Positions 34,032 through 44,174 of a stretch of DNA of 64,000 nt are shown here, piece by piece. Both the position numbers and the translations under genes were made by a program. The DNA comes from a virus. Its lineage: Duplodnaviria > Caudoviricetes. Where the stretch lies: positions 24,956 through 88,955 of IMG/VR virus record IMGVR_UViG_3300028048_000112; one strand, written 5' to 3'. The notes below the pieces were generated by a model that did no database searches, was not told where the DNA came from, and was given only the letters and a program-made list of their open reading frames with translations. Numbering within the stretch: the first letter of the stretch is position 1; every line of letters begins with the position of its first letter.

Positions 34032-37000
34032 TTACTGTACAACTTGAACAGTTATATTCGGTTTAAACGTAATATTACCATTTTCGTCATACACGATTTT
34101 TTGTGATACAGTGAGAACTTCATCTGTTATTGAAGTATCGTTTAGAATGGTCTGTACCTCACCATTGATATAATTATTCATCTGTATAATGTTTATGTAT
34201 TGAATATCAGGTACCGAGGTTTTAATGGAGTCGAACATGGCATCCATAGAAACATCGTTATCGCCAATAGTGTTAATGTAATTCATAACAGCTTTAACGA
34301 TCTGATCCTCTTTATAATCGAGCGATTCATTATTCTTGTATTTAACTCTAAACACAAATTTCATAGCAACATTATTTAGAGGTTCAGTTACACCAGTATT
34401 CAATTTGTATGCTGCAAATTTCTTTGATTTACCAGAAGTTCTGTACAAACCACAGAAAATTGTTCCACCGTCAAACAAGTTTTTACGAACTTCATCAGTT
34501 CTATTAATAAGGTCATTATATAGATCATGGATTGTTTCATACATTACTTCAGAGTTCATGTACAATCTATTTATCCATGGAACATTTTTACAAATTCCCA
34601 TATATGCGATTGGTAACGGTTTGGAATAACGATTTACATAATCGTCAATTTCGCTAGCCGGAACATCAATCTCAGTATTTGTATATGTGTCATACCATAC
34701 ATATTCACCTTTCTTATGTTTAATTACGGATCTTGCGTAGAAGTAATCTATAGAAGGATCGAATGCTGTTAAATTCTCAACCTTCTCATAAATATACTCA
34801 TCATTCATATCCATTGCATAGAAAGTATTTCCACCAGACACATGATCGATTTTACGAACATAATATTCCTTAAATTCGGAAGGTCCAGCTTCAATATCTT
34901 CATCAGGAACTTTAGTATAATTCAACTTAAAGTCACCAATGTTTCTAGCTATAATGTATTTAGGTGTTCCTGTATCTCCACTAATTCTGAAGGTTACTTT
35001 TCCTTCATTTGTCTCAACCTTTTCTGGATAAGATCTAGGATCAAGAGGATCACTTATAGAAGAATCGTAATTTAGATTCTTGGCATATACAATGGCATTA
35101 TACTTTTCAGGAATATCATTAGGATAAGTTTCATATCCAGGTATCATTGACTCAATATCAAAACCAATATTGAATGTTTTTGATATGAGCTTTGAGAGTA
35201 CTATTGTATCAGATTCGTAAGTAATACAGGATTGCCTTGTAGGGTTATTCGTATCGTCCACGAATCTACCTGTAATTCTAAAATGAACTTCAGTATCCAT
35301 ATTGATAAATGTGTTAAAATCTTTTGTAGCGGTTAAGCTATTTCTAACACCTTTAACCTGCATTTCTGAAGAATCATTAACAAAGTTTGATGTTTCAAAT
35401 GTAGCTTGATAGTTTATAAAACCGTCTTCAGCCATTGTCTCCAAATTGGTAATTTTCAATCTTGTTGGATCGAGATTAAACACTCTTCCTGTAAGATCGC
35501 CAATAAGTTCAACATCAAACAAAACATACTGTTTATTATATTCTTCAGGTACATCTGAGTTAACGTATTGTTTTGTAACGTCAGGATTATATGCCTGTTC
35601 AAGAATCTTATTTATCGTATTCTGACCAGTATAAACTGTAAATACAACGTAATATGTGTTAGCTTCATTTTTGTCAAATGAACCAGTAAGAGCACCCTTG
35701 AATGGATTTCTAAGAACGCGCATTAATGAAATATCAAGTTTATCAAGACTTGTAGATTCGTTAAAATCTGTAAATTTCATTGTTTCTGTAACGTTCGTAT
35801 AGAAATCGTATACTCTAATCGTAGGAGTATCAGTATTTTCATATCTCATATAGAATGGGAATGAAACTTCTGTTACACTTTCAACATCGTCAGCATTATT
35901 GTAGATATCTACATATTCATTCCAAGGTTCTATAACAGGTTCTTCAGGATTTTCAGATACAGTAGGAACAAAAACGAATCTGTTAGTGTTTTTGTCAAAC
36001 TTAAATACATCTGAAGGCTCAATCAAATAATAATTATAACCATTGAGAAGTTTCTTTTTCTTAGAAAGATCAAAATAGAAATTTGATGAACCTGTAGAAA
36101 GAATCATATCGTTATATGTGAGTTTATCAGAACTTGAATAACTCATTGCTAACAAATCTTGTTGAACACGTGTTAATGACAAACCTTTAGTTGCTCCAAA
36201 GTTAACAATTTCAGTATTTGTAACTAAAACGTTTCTAGAATGATTCTTAGCAATAAGATTAGCTCTTATTTCTTCAAAAGTCAATGCTCTTTTACCACCA
36301 ACAGCGGCTTTATCTCTAGCAAATGCTAAACAAATAATATTCAATAGAGCATTCTGATATGCGTTTTGAAGATCCTGATTATACATAATAGAGAGATCAT
36401 TGATATTGTGTATCATATAAGGGAACTGGATGTTTCCTCTTTCTCCCTGAGTAGTATAAATAACAGTTCTTATTGTATCACCTACCATAAGAGCAGTATC
36501 ATCATTCATTTTAGAAAAAAGAATGTTAAAGTTCTGACTGTTACGTTTATAATCATAAGAATAGTTGTATGAGTTTAGACTTAAAGCATTTCCTTCAGGA
36601 AAACCTTTCATCAATTCCCAATTGCTAGAATTGGCTCTCTTACGGAATACTTCTACACCGACAAGCTGATTAGGAAAACTTAATGTCGTATCAGCAGTAT
36701 AAGGATCTCTTACATAAAACTCACTAATTTTGCGTTCCATCTGGAACATTTTTAAGAAGAAACAAACATAAGTTGTTCCTTCAAAACGCATTTCACGAGA
36801 AGAAATATACTGATTATAAATCTGAAATACACTTCTCATACCATCATTTGCTAATTGTGGCATATCATAGTGAGCATAAATGTTGTATTGTGTATTAGAA
36901 ATGGTTTCTCCAGTTTCGTCTATGTAAGTTGTAGTTATAGGTTTACAACTTATTATTACATCATATGGTAAAACAAAAGTAGGATACGATTCAAATGACG

Positions 37001-37412
37001 CAACCATCTCTTTATTTATTATAAGTTTTCTAGTTCCATCTGAAGGATCGGGTATAGAAAACTTAATAATTTCGTCTTTCTTAATACAGAAAGCCATAGA
37101 TGTTGAAGCTGGTGTTCCAAATATTCCAGTCAATTCTTCGGAGCTCATTTTATTCAATAATGATTTGGGTAAAACTGCTGTAGATTCATTCGTTTCAAAT
37201 ATTCTAGCGGCTTGCTCATACATCATCTTTGCAGCACCTTGAGCCGTTAGATGAGTAAAAATATTGAATGAACTAGCTGGATCATCAGACAATTCTTCAT
37301 ATGTTTCCATAGCATATTTCTTAAAAACCTGTGACCAAGCTGCGGTTAAACCCATAGCACTATTGTGGGAATTCGCATCAATAATATCTTTAATAGCTAT
37401 TGTAGTTGCCAT
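34032..37412 (-). CDS. Baseplate wedge protein (T4 gp6 / baseplate J-like)
   Basis: AVGGKRALTFEEIRANL...NVLVT motif; C-terminal SVPDIQYINI. Confidence 0.75.
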   Translation of the reverse strand: MATTIAIKDIIDANSHNSAMGLTAAWSQVFKKYAMETYEELSDDPASSFNIFTHLTAQGAAKMMYEQAARIFETNESTAVLPKSLLNKMSSEELTGIFGTPASTSMAFCIKKDEIIKFSIPDPSDGTRKLIINKEMVASFESYPTFVLPYDVIISCKPITTTYIDETGETISNTQYNIYAHYDMPQLANDGMRSVFQIYNQYISSREMRFEGTTYVCFFLKMFQMERKISEFYVRDPYTADTTLSFPNQLVGVEVFRKRANSSNWELMKGFPEGNALSLNSYNYSYDYKRNSQNFNILFSKMNDDTALMVGDTIRTVIYTTQGERGNIQFPYMIHNINDLSIMYNQDLQNAYQNALLNIICLAFARDKAAVGGKRALTFEEIRANLIAKNHSRNVLVTNTEIVNFGATKGLSLTRVQQDLLAMSYSSSDKLTYNDMILSTGSSNFYFDLSKKKKLLNGYNYYLIEPSDVFKFDKNTNRFVFVPTVSENPEEPVIEPWNEYVDIYNNADDVESVTEVSFPFYMRYENTDTPTIRVYDFYTNVTETMKFTDFNESTSLDKLDISLMRVLRNPFKGALTGSFDKNEANTYYVVFTVYTGQNTINKILEQAYNPDVTKQYVNSDVPEEYNKQYVLFDVELIGDLTGRVFNLDPTRLKITNLETMAEDGFINYQATFETSNFVNDSSEMQVKGVRNSLTATKDFNTFINMDTEVHFRITGRFVDDTNNPTRQSCITYESDTIVLSKLISKTFNIGFDIESMIPGYETYPNDIPEKYNAIVYAKNLNYDSSISDPLDPRSYPEKVETNEGKVTFRISGDTGTPKYIIARNIGDFKLNYTKVPDEDIEAGPSEFKEYYVRKIDHVSGGNTFYAMDMNDEYIYEKVENLTAFDPSIDYFYARSVIKHKKGEYVWYDTYTNTEIDVPASEIDDYVNRYSKPLPIAYMGICKNVPWINRLYMNSEVMYETIHDLYNDLINRTDEVRKNLFDGGTIFCGLYRTSGKSKKFAAYKLNTGVTEPLNNVAMKFVFRVKYKNNESLDYKEDQIVKAVMNYINTIGDNDVSMDAMFDSIKTSVPDIQYINIIQMNNYINGEVQTILNDTSITDEVLTVSQKIVYDENGNITFKPNITVQVVQ

Positions 37413-37438
37413 AATTCTTCATTTAACTCCCGCAAAAG

Positions 37439-37451
37439 TATATATAATTGT
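37439..37451 (-). promoter_or_regulatory. Late-type promoter motif
   Basis: Minus strand AACAATTATATATA. Confidence 0.6.
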
Positions 37452-37520
37452 TTTCGATTAAAGCTCATATTATAGAACAAATATAAAGAAACTAGGGCAA
37501 AACCCTAGTTTCTTTTCAAT

Positions 37521-39560
37521 TTAAACTAATGTCGCATTACCAATAAACTGATAATTCTTAACATCTTTAGCTGTAGAATTTGATCCAGAACCTGTGTATG
37601 AGTTGCGACCATGATCCCAACCTGTACTACGAGTAGAACCTTCTTTATTGCTATTAGCTGCTTTTCTAGCTTCTTGATCATATACTGCTCTAGCAGCATC
37701 ATGAGTATAATTGTCGACACTTCCTGAATTCGGGAACTGGTCTCTAACAACACCCTGACGTTCAGTATATTGTGGCAAAACCCATATTAGTTCGGAACCT
37801 TTATTAACATAAGGGAATCCTCCCCAAACTGAGTTAACGTGATTGATAATAGAATCTCTTTCATCAGCTTCAATAAGTGCTGCAGGAAGCTTTCCAGACA
37901 TTCCAGGATCTTTTACTCTATCCCACAAACTTGCAGGACGTTTAATATCATCCAAGAACTGTCTTTCATAATCGTCTACACCTTGAGATAACGCATTATT
38001 TGCTTCATCAGCAATACGTTTTAATTCTTTTGTAGTTGCAGATGATCTGTCATACAAGTTTTCCCACAAAACGTTCTTAAGTTTAACTAACCATTCTGTT
38101 TCACTAAGAAAATTGAAATCTGTGAATGTCTGAGGATCCATGGCTTCAAAATCATTAAATGCCCAGTTTATTGTAACCTTTTGAAGAATATCTTGATCAA
38201 TACTTGTATTGTGTTCAATCTGTGATCCTAAGTTAAATGTTGTTGGATAACAACCTGTAAATTTACACCAACGTTCAATACGTCTACCATCTTCACCAAC
38301 CATGAATACATATACAGAACAAGTATAATCCAGAATTCTTTCAAGTACATGGTCTCTAGTAGTCATTATATAACCTCTAGATACGTAATGTATATACATT
38401 ATCCATGCCATGAACAGTAATGATACAGGTCCATATCCAATATCATTAAAGTTGGTTGTCAATGATCCTGGACCCCAGAAACTATCCATACCTGTTGCAA
38501 CTTGGAGAGTTTTTCCAAATTCATCTTCTTCATAAGTATGACTATCCAATGTCATATCTTTGGCGCCAGTAACTTGTGTACAAGTATTTCCTAATAGAGG
38601 AATAAATGGTGATGTAAAGTTGAATGTATCGTATTTGCTTTTATGTGTAGGCATTAGAATAGATTTACCTTGAAATAAACCCATTCTCACTAATTCATGT
38701 GTAAGATTTTTAGTATTATCCAAATTCAATGCATCTTGCAATAAACCGGATTTAAATCCAGATTTCAAATGTCCTTCATAATTTGCATAGAAAGCATTAT
38801 ATCTGGCAGAAATTGATTGTAATTGACCATTAAGGGATTCCAATTTTGCGGAATCATATAGAGTTCCGAAATCCAAACCCATCAAACGTTCACGTTCTGC
38901 AGCATCATCCATAGCTTCAGCTTCTTTAGCTTTATTCATTTCATCACTAAGAATAGAATTGACTGGATTTCCATCGGCATCTGTTGCAGTAAGTTCGTTT
39001 AATGCTTGTTCGTAACCACCAGAATTATTATATGCATTTTCATTCCACAATCTTTGATACTCTTCACTATATCCTGCATCTTTAATAAATTCTTTGTCTT
39101 CATTTCTAAACCATGTTACAAATTCATCAATAACTTTTCTAATATCTGCAGAAGTAAGTTTCTTGCTGTTTAATGTAGATGGAGCATTGATGAAATATTC
39201 TGGATCGGTCAACGATGCCATGATCATTTTTCCAATCTTTTTACTATATAGCCATTTAAAGAATGGAACGGCTTGAATATTTTCAAAAGAAAAATTCAAT
39301 TCTGGACGGGTAAAAAATGCATAAGTTTTAGTAACTCTAGGATAATCAACATTTCCTAGCATACCAGTTTTATTATAATGAAAGAAATTTGCATATATTG
39401 GATCTAGGACGTTCAATCCTTTTACAGACATTGCACATCCATACATCTGATTCATTTTTTTCAGATAATTAATATCATTATCGCTGTAATAATCAGTATT
39501 ATTCTCGTACGTTTTTTCAGCATTACGTACGAATTCAGCATTTACTTTATTGTAATTCAT
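37521..39560 (-). CDS. Virion structural protein with a tube-like (gp19/gp54-type) domain
   Basis: YAFFTRPELNF, FIPLLGN, LDYTCSVYVF...KFTGCYPT...KVTINWAF. Confidence 0.6.
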   Translation of the reverse strand: MNYNKVNAEFVRNAEKTYENNTDYYSDNDINYLKKMNQMYGCAMSVKGLNVLDPIYANFFHYNKTGMLGNVDYPRVTKTYAFFTRPELNFSFENIQAVPFFKWLYSKKIGKMIMASLTDPEYFINAPSTLNSKKLTSADIRKVIDEFVTWFRNEDKEFIKDAGYSEEYQRLWNENAYNNSGGYEQALNELTATDADGNPVNSILSDEMNKAKEAEAMDDAAERERLMGLDFGTLYDSAKLESLNGQLQSISARYNAFYANYEGHLKSGFKSGLLQDALNLDNTKNLTHELVRMGLFQGKSILMPTHKSKYDTFNFTSPFIPLLGNTCTQVTGAKDMTLDSHTYEEDEFGKTLQVATGMDSFWGPGSLTTNFNDIGYGPVSLLFMAWIMYIHYVSRGYIMTTRDHVLERILDYTCSVYVFMVGEDGRRIERWCKFTGCYPTTFNLGSQIEHNTSIDQDILQKVTINWAFNDFEAMDPQTFTDFNFLSETEWLVKLKNVLWENLYDRSSATTKELKRIADEANNALSQGVDDYERQFLDDIKRPASLWDRVKDPGMSGKLPAALIEADERDSIINHVNSVWGGFPYVNKGSELIWVLPQYTERQGVVRDQFPNSGSVDNYTHDAARAVYDQEARKAANSNKEGSTRSTGWDHGRNSYTGSGSNSTAKDVKNYQFIGNATLV

Positions 39561-39579
39561 ACTGTACGTCCTTAAAAAA

Positions 39580-39592
39580 TATATTGTTTTGT
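39580..39592 (-). promoter_or_regulatory. Late-type promoter motif (divergent pair, left)
   Basis: Minus strand ACAAAACAATATA. Confidence 0.6.
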
Positions 39593-39614
39593 CGCCTATA
39601 GGCAGCTACTGAAA

Positions 39615-39627
39615 ACATCTAAATATA
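39615..39627 (+). promoter_or_regulatory. Late-type promoter motif (divergent pair, right)
   Basis: AACATCTAAATATA. Confidence 0.6.
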
Positions 39628-39674
39628 CTATAAAATGTGTATATTATTCAGATAAAATAGGAGTGAAACCTAAC

Positions 39675-41105
39675 ATGGGCGCTTTAACAGAACTTTTAGA
39701 TCTAGTATCATTAGGAAAAAGTACTAAAAATCAGCTTATGAAAAATCCTGACGATTATAAAGCAGTTTCCAGTCTTTTTACTAAAGCAAAATCTATATCA
39801 GCACAGGCATCCAAATATGTAATGGAATATCCTGTTGCAGTTTCAACAACGATTACAGAATACGATACGGCCCTTTCTATTGCTAAACAGGTAGAATTCG
39901 ATTGTGCAAGATTTATTATTCTTGCATCAGGTCTTAACCCTGTTGTACGTCAAGGTGCCGGAGATACGATTGAAGCACATATTAACAAACTCATGTCTTC
40001 ATATGAATCTTATTCAGGTCTTAAAGTTGGTATCAGACCAGCTACTGAAGAAGATATAAGAAATGGCGAAGAATATATGGCGAAGTATTACAGTACAAAA
40101 GAATACAAAACCATGAAAAATCAATCATCATTTTCTAGAGAAGCTAATTCTTCTTCATACAATTTCGTCCCGGGTCAAGAAGCAGATCCAAATGCTAAAT
40201 TTGCAGATTATGTAGAATTCATTAACGAATGGCTCTATAATAACCACCACGATGTAAATGGCGGCGTTTATCCACCATTTGACCAAATTGTAGGTTTGCC
40301 TCCATCAAGTTCTTCAGCAAAAATTGAATATGATAAGGCTCTTCAATATTACAATAACAAAAAAGAAGTCATAGGAATGTCAGCAGGTAGCGCCGCAGTT
40401 TCCGATATTACTAAAGGTTTGGGAAAGATTGGTCCAACTATTATCAATCTTAAACTCTTTATTATGGATGCTAATGGGGCTGACCGTGAAGTTACATTCC
40501 CATTGGCTATCAAAGCTTCTCTTCAGTATGTTGATGCTATCGATATTCAATCAATGCTTAAACAAGTTCAGACTCCTGGTAAAAAGCTTTTTGAATTCAT
40601 TAAGCTTACTACAGGCCAAACATCATTCTTTAAAGACTTTATTTTTGCACTTGATAGTGCTAAAGGTGATGTAGAACGTGAAAGAACTATTGGTTCTACT
40701 CCATTCTTTAGACGTTTGATGTCTAATAAATCCAAATACAGATTTAAGACTGTAGCTAATGTTATTCCAGGTTTGAATAGACTTGTTTCTAAAAAACAAC
40801 AGAGCGATCTTCCGATGTGCACTATTGTTGTAGATGAAAGTGAACTTAGACCTATTGGACTTAGACTTTCTGAATGTCTCAAAAATCGTGCAAAGTATAT
40901 TGATCCTATCTTGGATACATATATGCTTCTCGGTTTTGGTATTGTTGATGCAGATAATGAAGTCGTTCATTTCTTTTATGCAGGAGAAAATACGCATATT
41001 ACAGCTAAAATATCTGATCTTGCTGGTGGTAAGGGATCAGCTGATGCAACAACAGCTATGTCTCAGGCTCTTGCTAGCATGACTAAGATGATGGCTAGAC
41101 ACTAA
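39675..41105 (+). CDS. Virion structural protein (putative head-associated)
   Basis: First gene of the head-protein cluster; start GTG 39663 or ATG 39675. Confidence 0.7.
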   Translation: MGALTELLDLVSLGKSTKNQLMKNPDDYKAVSSLFTKAKSISAQASKYVMEYPVAVSTTITEYDTALSIAKQVEFDCARFIILASGLNPVVRQGAGDTIEAHINKLMSSYESYSGLKVGIRPATEEDIRNGEEYMAKYYSTKEYKTMKNQSSFSREANSSSYNFVPGQEADPNAKFADYVEFINEWLYNNHHDVNGGVYPPFDQIVGLPPSSSSAKIEYDKALQYYNNKKEVIGMSAGSAAVSDITKGLGKIGPTIINLKLFIMDANGADREVTFPLAIKASLQYVDAIDIQSMLKQVQTPGKKLFEFIKLTTGQTSFFKDFIFALDSAKGDVERERTIGSTPFFRRLMSNKSKYRFKTVANVIPGLNRLVSKKQQSDLPMCTIVVDESELRPIGLRLSECLKNRAKYIDPILDTYMLLGFGIVDADNEVVHFFYAGENTHITAKISDLAGGKGSADATTAMSQALASMTKMMARH

Positions 41106-41118
41106 GGGAGAAATATAA

Positions 41119-42579
41119 ATGAAACTTAAGAACGAAACAGTCATTAAAATGTCTGGTGACCAACTAATGAAAATGGTTACAGATACTGAACGCATTTCTG
41201 CGAATAAAGAACTCAATCCTAAAGAAATCCGTGAAGCTCAAGAACAAATGCTTTCATTTGGAAAACTTATGGAAAAATGTTCTAATGGACGTATTGTTCC
41301 TGTAGAAATGAAATCAACTATAAAAGATTTCGAAAATGCTGGAATGGATGTTTCAAAACTGAAACCATCTATGCGTCATAATCTCGAAATTACTTATAAC
41401 GATTTGAAACGTGCTTGCAGCGATCATCCAGGAGAACTTAAAAATACTCCAGCTGATGTATATTGTAAGCTTTTTGAATTTTTCGGAAAGAAAGAAAACA
41501 GAGATTTCGCAAATAGAATTAAAAGCGATCCATTCATAAAGAAAGAAATCGGTAGAGAAAGTCTCGATGCTGAATCTATCGAAGAATGGTTGGCTGATAA
41601 TCCAGAACGTTCTGAAGAAATATTTGGATTAAAATCTGCTATTGGCGCTGCAACTGGCGCAATTGGATCTCTTTCTGCTTCTACAACATTTTTAAGCGCA
41701 GTTCTAATTATCTGTTTGATTCTTATTACAGTCTTTATGGTCTTAATGTTTATTTTGACTCTCCAATATAAAGCAGAACTTACAAAACTTCTTTCAAAAC
41801 TTACAGAAAAGGAAGTTGAAGAAGATGGTGCTGAAGAAACCAGAAGGAAATCGGCTTTTAGAGCTGCAATAGAGATGTCAACTAACACCGGACCATTGGC
41901 AAAACACATGATTTATAAGCCTGTGGAAAGTGCTATCAAAACGGCAGAAAACATGATTGCGAAATCTAAAAACTGGTTTGATAAGACTCTTAAAGACGCT
42001 AATGCTAAAAAAGGAGCATTTGCTAAAGAATCTTATGAAGAAAATGAACAATCCGAAGAAGGCGTTATTACTGCAGTAGGTGCAGCTATGACAACTATTT
42101 TTGCTGGAGTATCATTTACACCAGTTATTGTTGTAGTAAGTATTATACTTATTATAATTATGATTAAACCTATTGTTTACGCTATTTATCGTTGGAAGCT
42201 TAAATGCAAAGAATTTTTTGATGATGAAGCTGATATGGTCAACCTCAACATCGAAGAATTGGAAGATATGAAACTTAAAGCTACCAGCGATGCAGAAAAA
42301 CAGCGTCTACAAAAGATTATCGATAAACAGCGAAAGATTGCACGAAATCTTGCTGCAATGGGTAATTTCTTCTATAAAACTCAGTCAAATGCTGCTATGG
42401 ATGCCAGAGATGATGTTCGTGATGACGATAATACTCAATATGGAGACGTTATTGATCAGACAAATACAAATCCTAATGAAACGACTGGTGACACTCCAGT
42501 AGCAACTGATGGTGGCGATGGTGCAGGATCTGATGGTTCTACACCACCAACAGATGGTAGACCTGTAATACTATTTTAA
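41119..42579 (+). CDS. Putative head/ejection protein with two hydrophobic TM-like segments
   Basis: S-x-E motifs (SIEE, SEEI, SYEE, SEEG) precede the hydrophobic stretches. Confidence 0.65.
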   Translation: MKLKNETVIKMSGDQLMKMVTDTERISANKELNPKEIREAQEQMLSFGKLMEKCSNGRIVPVEMKSTIKDFENAGMDVSKLKPSMRHNLEITYNDLKRACSDHPGELKNTPADVYCKLFEFFGKKENRDFANRIKSDPFIKKEIGRESLDAESIEEWLADNPERSEEIFGLKSAIGAATGAIGSLSASTTFLSAVLIICLILITVFMVLMFILTLQYKAELTKLLSKLTEKEVEEDGAEETRRKSAFRAAIEMSTNTGPLAKHMIYKPVESAIKTAENMIAKSKNWFDKTLKDANAKKGAFAKESYEENEQSEEGVITAVGAAMTTIFAGVSFTPVIVVVSIILIIIMIKPIVYAIYRWKLKCKEFFDDEADMVNLNIEELEDMKLKATSDAEKQRLQKIIDKQRKIARNLAAMGNFFYKTQSNAAMDARDDVRDDDNTQYGDVIDQTNTNPNETTGDTPVATDGGDGAGSDGSTPPTDGRPVILF

Positions 42580-42583
42580 ATAA

Positions 42584-42596
42584 ACAAATAAATATA
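42584..42596 (+). promoter_or_regulatory. Late-type promoter motif with a ~130-nt leader
   Basis: AACAAATAAATATA. Confidence 0.55.
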
Positions 42597-42727
42597 AAAC
42601 TCCGGATTACTATTGGCTTTATTTCGATGAAATTTTTATAGCTTCAGACCCTATGATTAAAGTAGTTTAAAAATGGAATATTGTCAAACCCATGGAATGC
42701 TATATTCTCATTAAGGAGATTATAATC

Positions 42728-44089
42728 ATGGCATATTCAGAATTTTCTATCGAATCAGCCCTGACGCCAAGAACTGCTTCCAAAAAGATTGAGCTCGAAG
42801 GTGTAGGAACTACTATTGCTATTTTGCAAAGCGGTTCCAAGTCTACTGAAGAGTTCATGCAGGGAGCTATTTCTGCACTCGGCAATGCTGATCGCCAGAT
42901 TATGTATATCAACAGTTCTCTCGAAGCCTTGAATGATCGTCTTATGTTTGCTTCAAAGCTTGCAAAAGCAATCAACACATCTAAGGCACATGGAGTAGAA
43001 GGTTTCTCTAATACTCCTCGTCTTGATCCTTGGGCTTATGCTATTGAGGACGCTTCCAAAGATGGTGGATTCTTTTCAAGACTGTGGGCAGCTATCAGAA
43101 CTGCTTGTCGCCGCGTAATTGACGCTATTGCCAACTTTATTAAGTGGCTTGGTAACGCTATTGCAGGTGCTGGTGTTCGTGGACAGGCTAAGGACTATAC
43201 GTTCTACAAGCAGAATGAGAAGACTATCACAAAGAATGCAAATGCCAAGAAAGTCGACGCACAGAAGTTCAATTCTGTACAGTGGGCACTTGATAGCAAG
43301 AAACTTGCTACACTTATCACTAAGGCTGCTGGCGAATATGCTAAGGGTAGTGCTAAGAAGGGCGAAGATATCAAAGTTATGGAGAATGTCTCTCGTCAGA
43401 ACTTCTCTGTAATGAAGGACGCTAAAGATTACAAGCGCGCTTATGGCGACTTGTTCTCAAAGTGGTTCGGTTTGTCTGGAAACACTCCTGAAAGCGCATT
43501 CAAGAACGCAAGTGCAAAGGTAAAGAAGATGTGCGAAGATATGAACGCTCAGCTTAGAGGTGAGATTGGTTCTATCTTTGGTAAATCTGGATCTGATAAA
43601 GTTTCTGCTCATACTCTCGTTATGGGCGTTGTATCTAAGGGTGATGGCAAAGTTGGTCCTATCACTGTTGGTACAATGAAGACACTTTCAGACAACTTTG
43701 CTGTTCTTTCAGAAGCTTGGTTGGCAGATAACGTTAAGAAGTCTGTTTCTTCTGTACATGCTCAGCAGAAAGCTTTCACTGAGTATACAAAGAACGTTGA
43801 TAAGGTTGCTTCTGCATTCATGAAGGATAACGGAACAAAAGAGAACCCAATGAAGTCTCTTTCTACATTGCTCTCTGAGCTTAGTAGAACTCGCATCCGT
43901 TACAATTCTTTCTGGACTGGTTTGATGCTGGAACTCGAGAGCGCAGCTCTTCGTTTCCGCAAGTCAGCTCACATTGCACTCAAGTATTACATCCGTGCTG
44001 CTCAGAAGGGCAACGCAGATGCTAAGAAAGCTGCAGAGTCACTGAACGATCAGTCTATCGAAGCATTGTTCAACTTCGACATGATGTAA
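42728..44089 (+). CDS. Internal head protein (phiKZ-type, proteolytically processed)
   Basis: Start MAYSEFSIES after AAGGAG; SIE/SLE/AIE sites then amphipathic GFFSRLWAAIR helix; strong codon bias. Confidence 0.7.
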   Translation: MAYSEFSIESALTPRTASKKIELEGVGTTIAILQSGSKSTEEFMQGAISALGNADRQIMYINSSLEALNDRLMFASKLAKAINTSKAHGVEGFSNTPRLDPWAYAIEDASKDGGFFSRLWAAIRTACRRVIDAIANFIKWLGNAIAGAGVRGQAKDYTFYKQNEKTITKNANAKKVDAQKFNSVQWALDSKKLATLITKAAGEYAKGSAKKGEDIKVMENVSRQNFSVMKDAKDYKRAYGDLFSKWFGLSGNTPESAFKNASAKVKKMCEDMNAQLRGEIGSIFGKSGSDKVSAHTLVMGVVSKGDGKVGPITVGTMKTLSDNFAVLSEAWLADNVKKSVSSVHAQQKAFTEYTKNVDKVASAFMKDNGTKENPMKSLSTLLSELSRTRIRYNSFWTGLMLELESAALRFRKSAHIALKYYIRAAQKGNADAKKAAESLNDQSIEALFNFDMM

Positions 44090-44143
44090 TGTAATCCAAA
44101 TATAAGGGACGGGATTTTTCCCGTTCCTTATATATTACGAAAA

Positions 44144-44156
44144 ACATAGTTATATA
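44144..44156 (+). promoter_or_regulatory. Late-type promoter motif
   Basis: AACATAGTTATATA, after the terminator at 44101-44131. Confidence 0.6.
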
Positions 44157-44174
44157 TCTGAAATATGGACAAAA

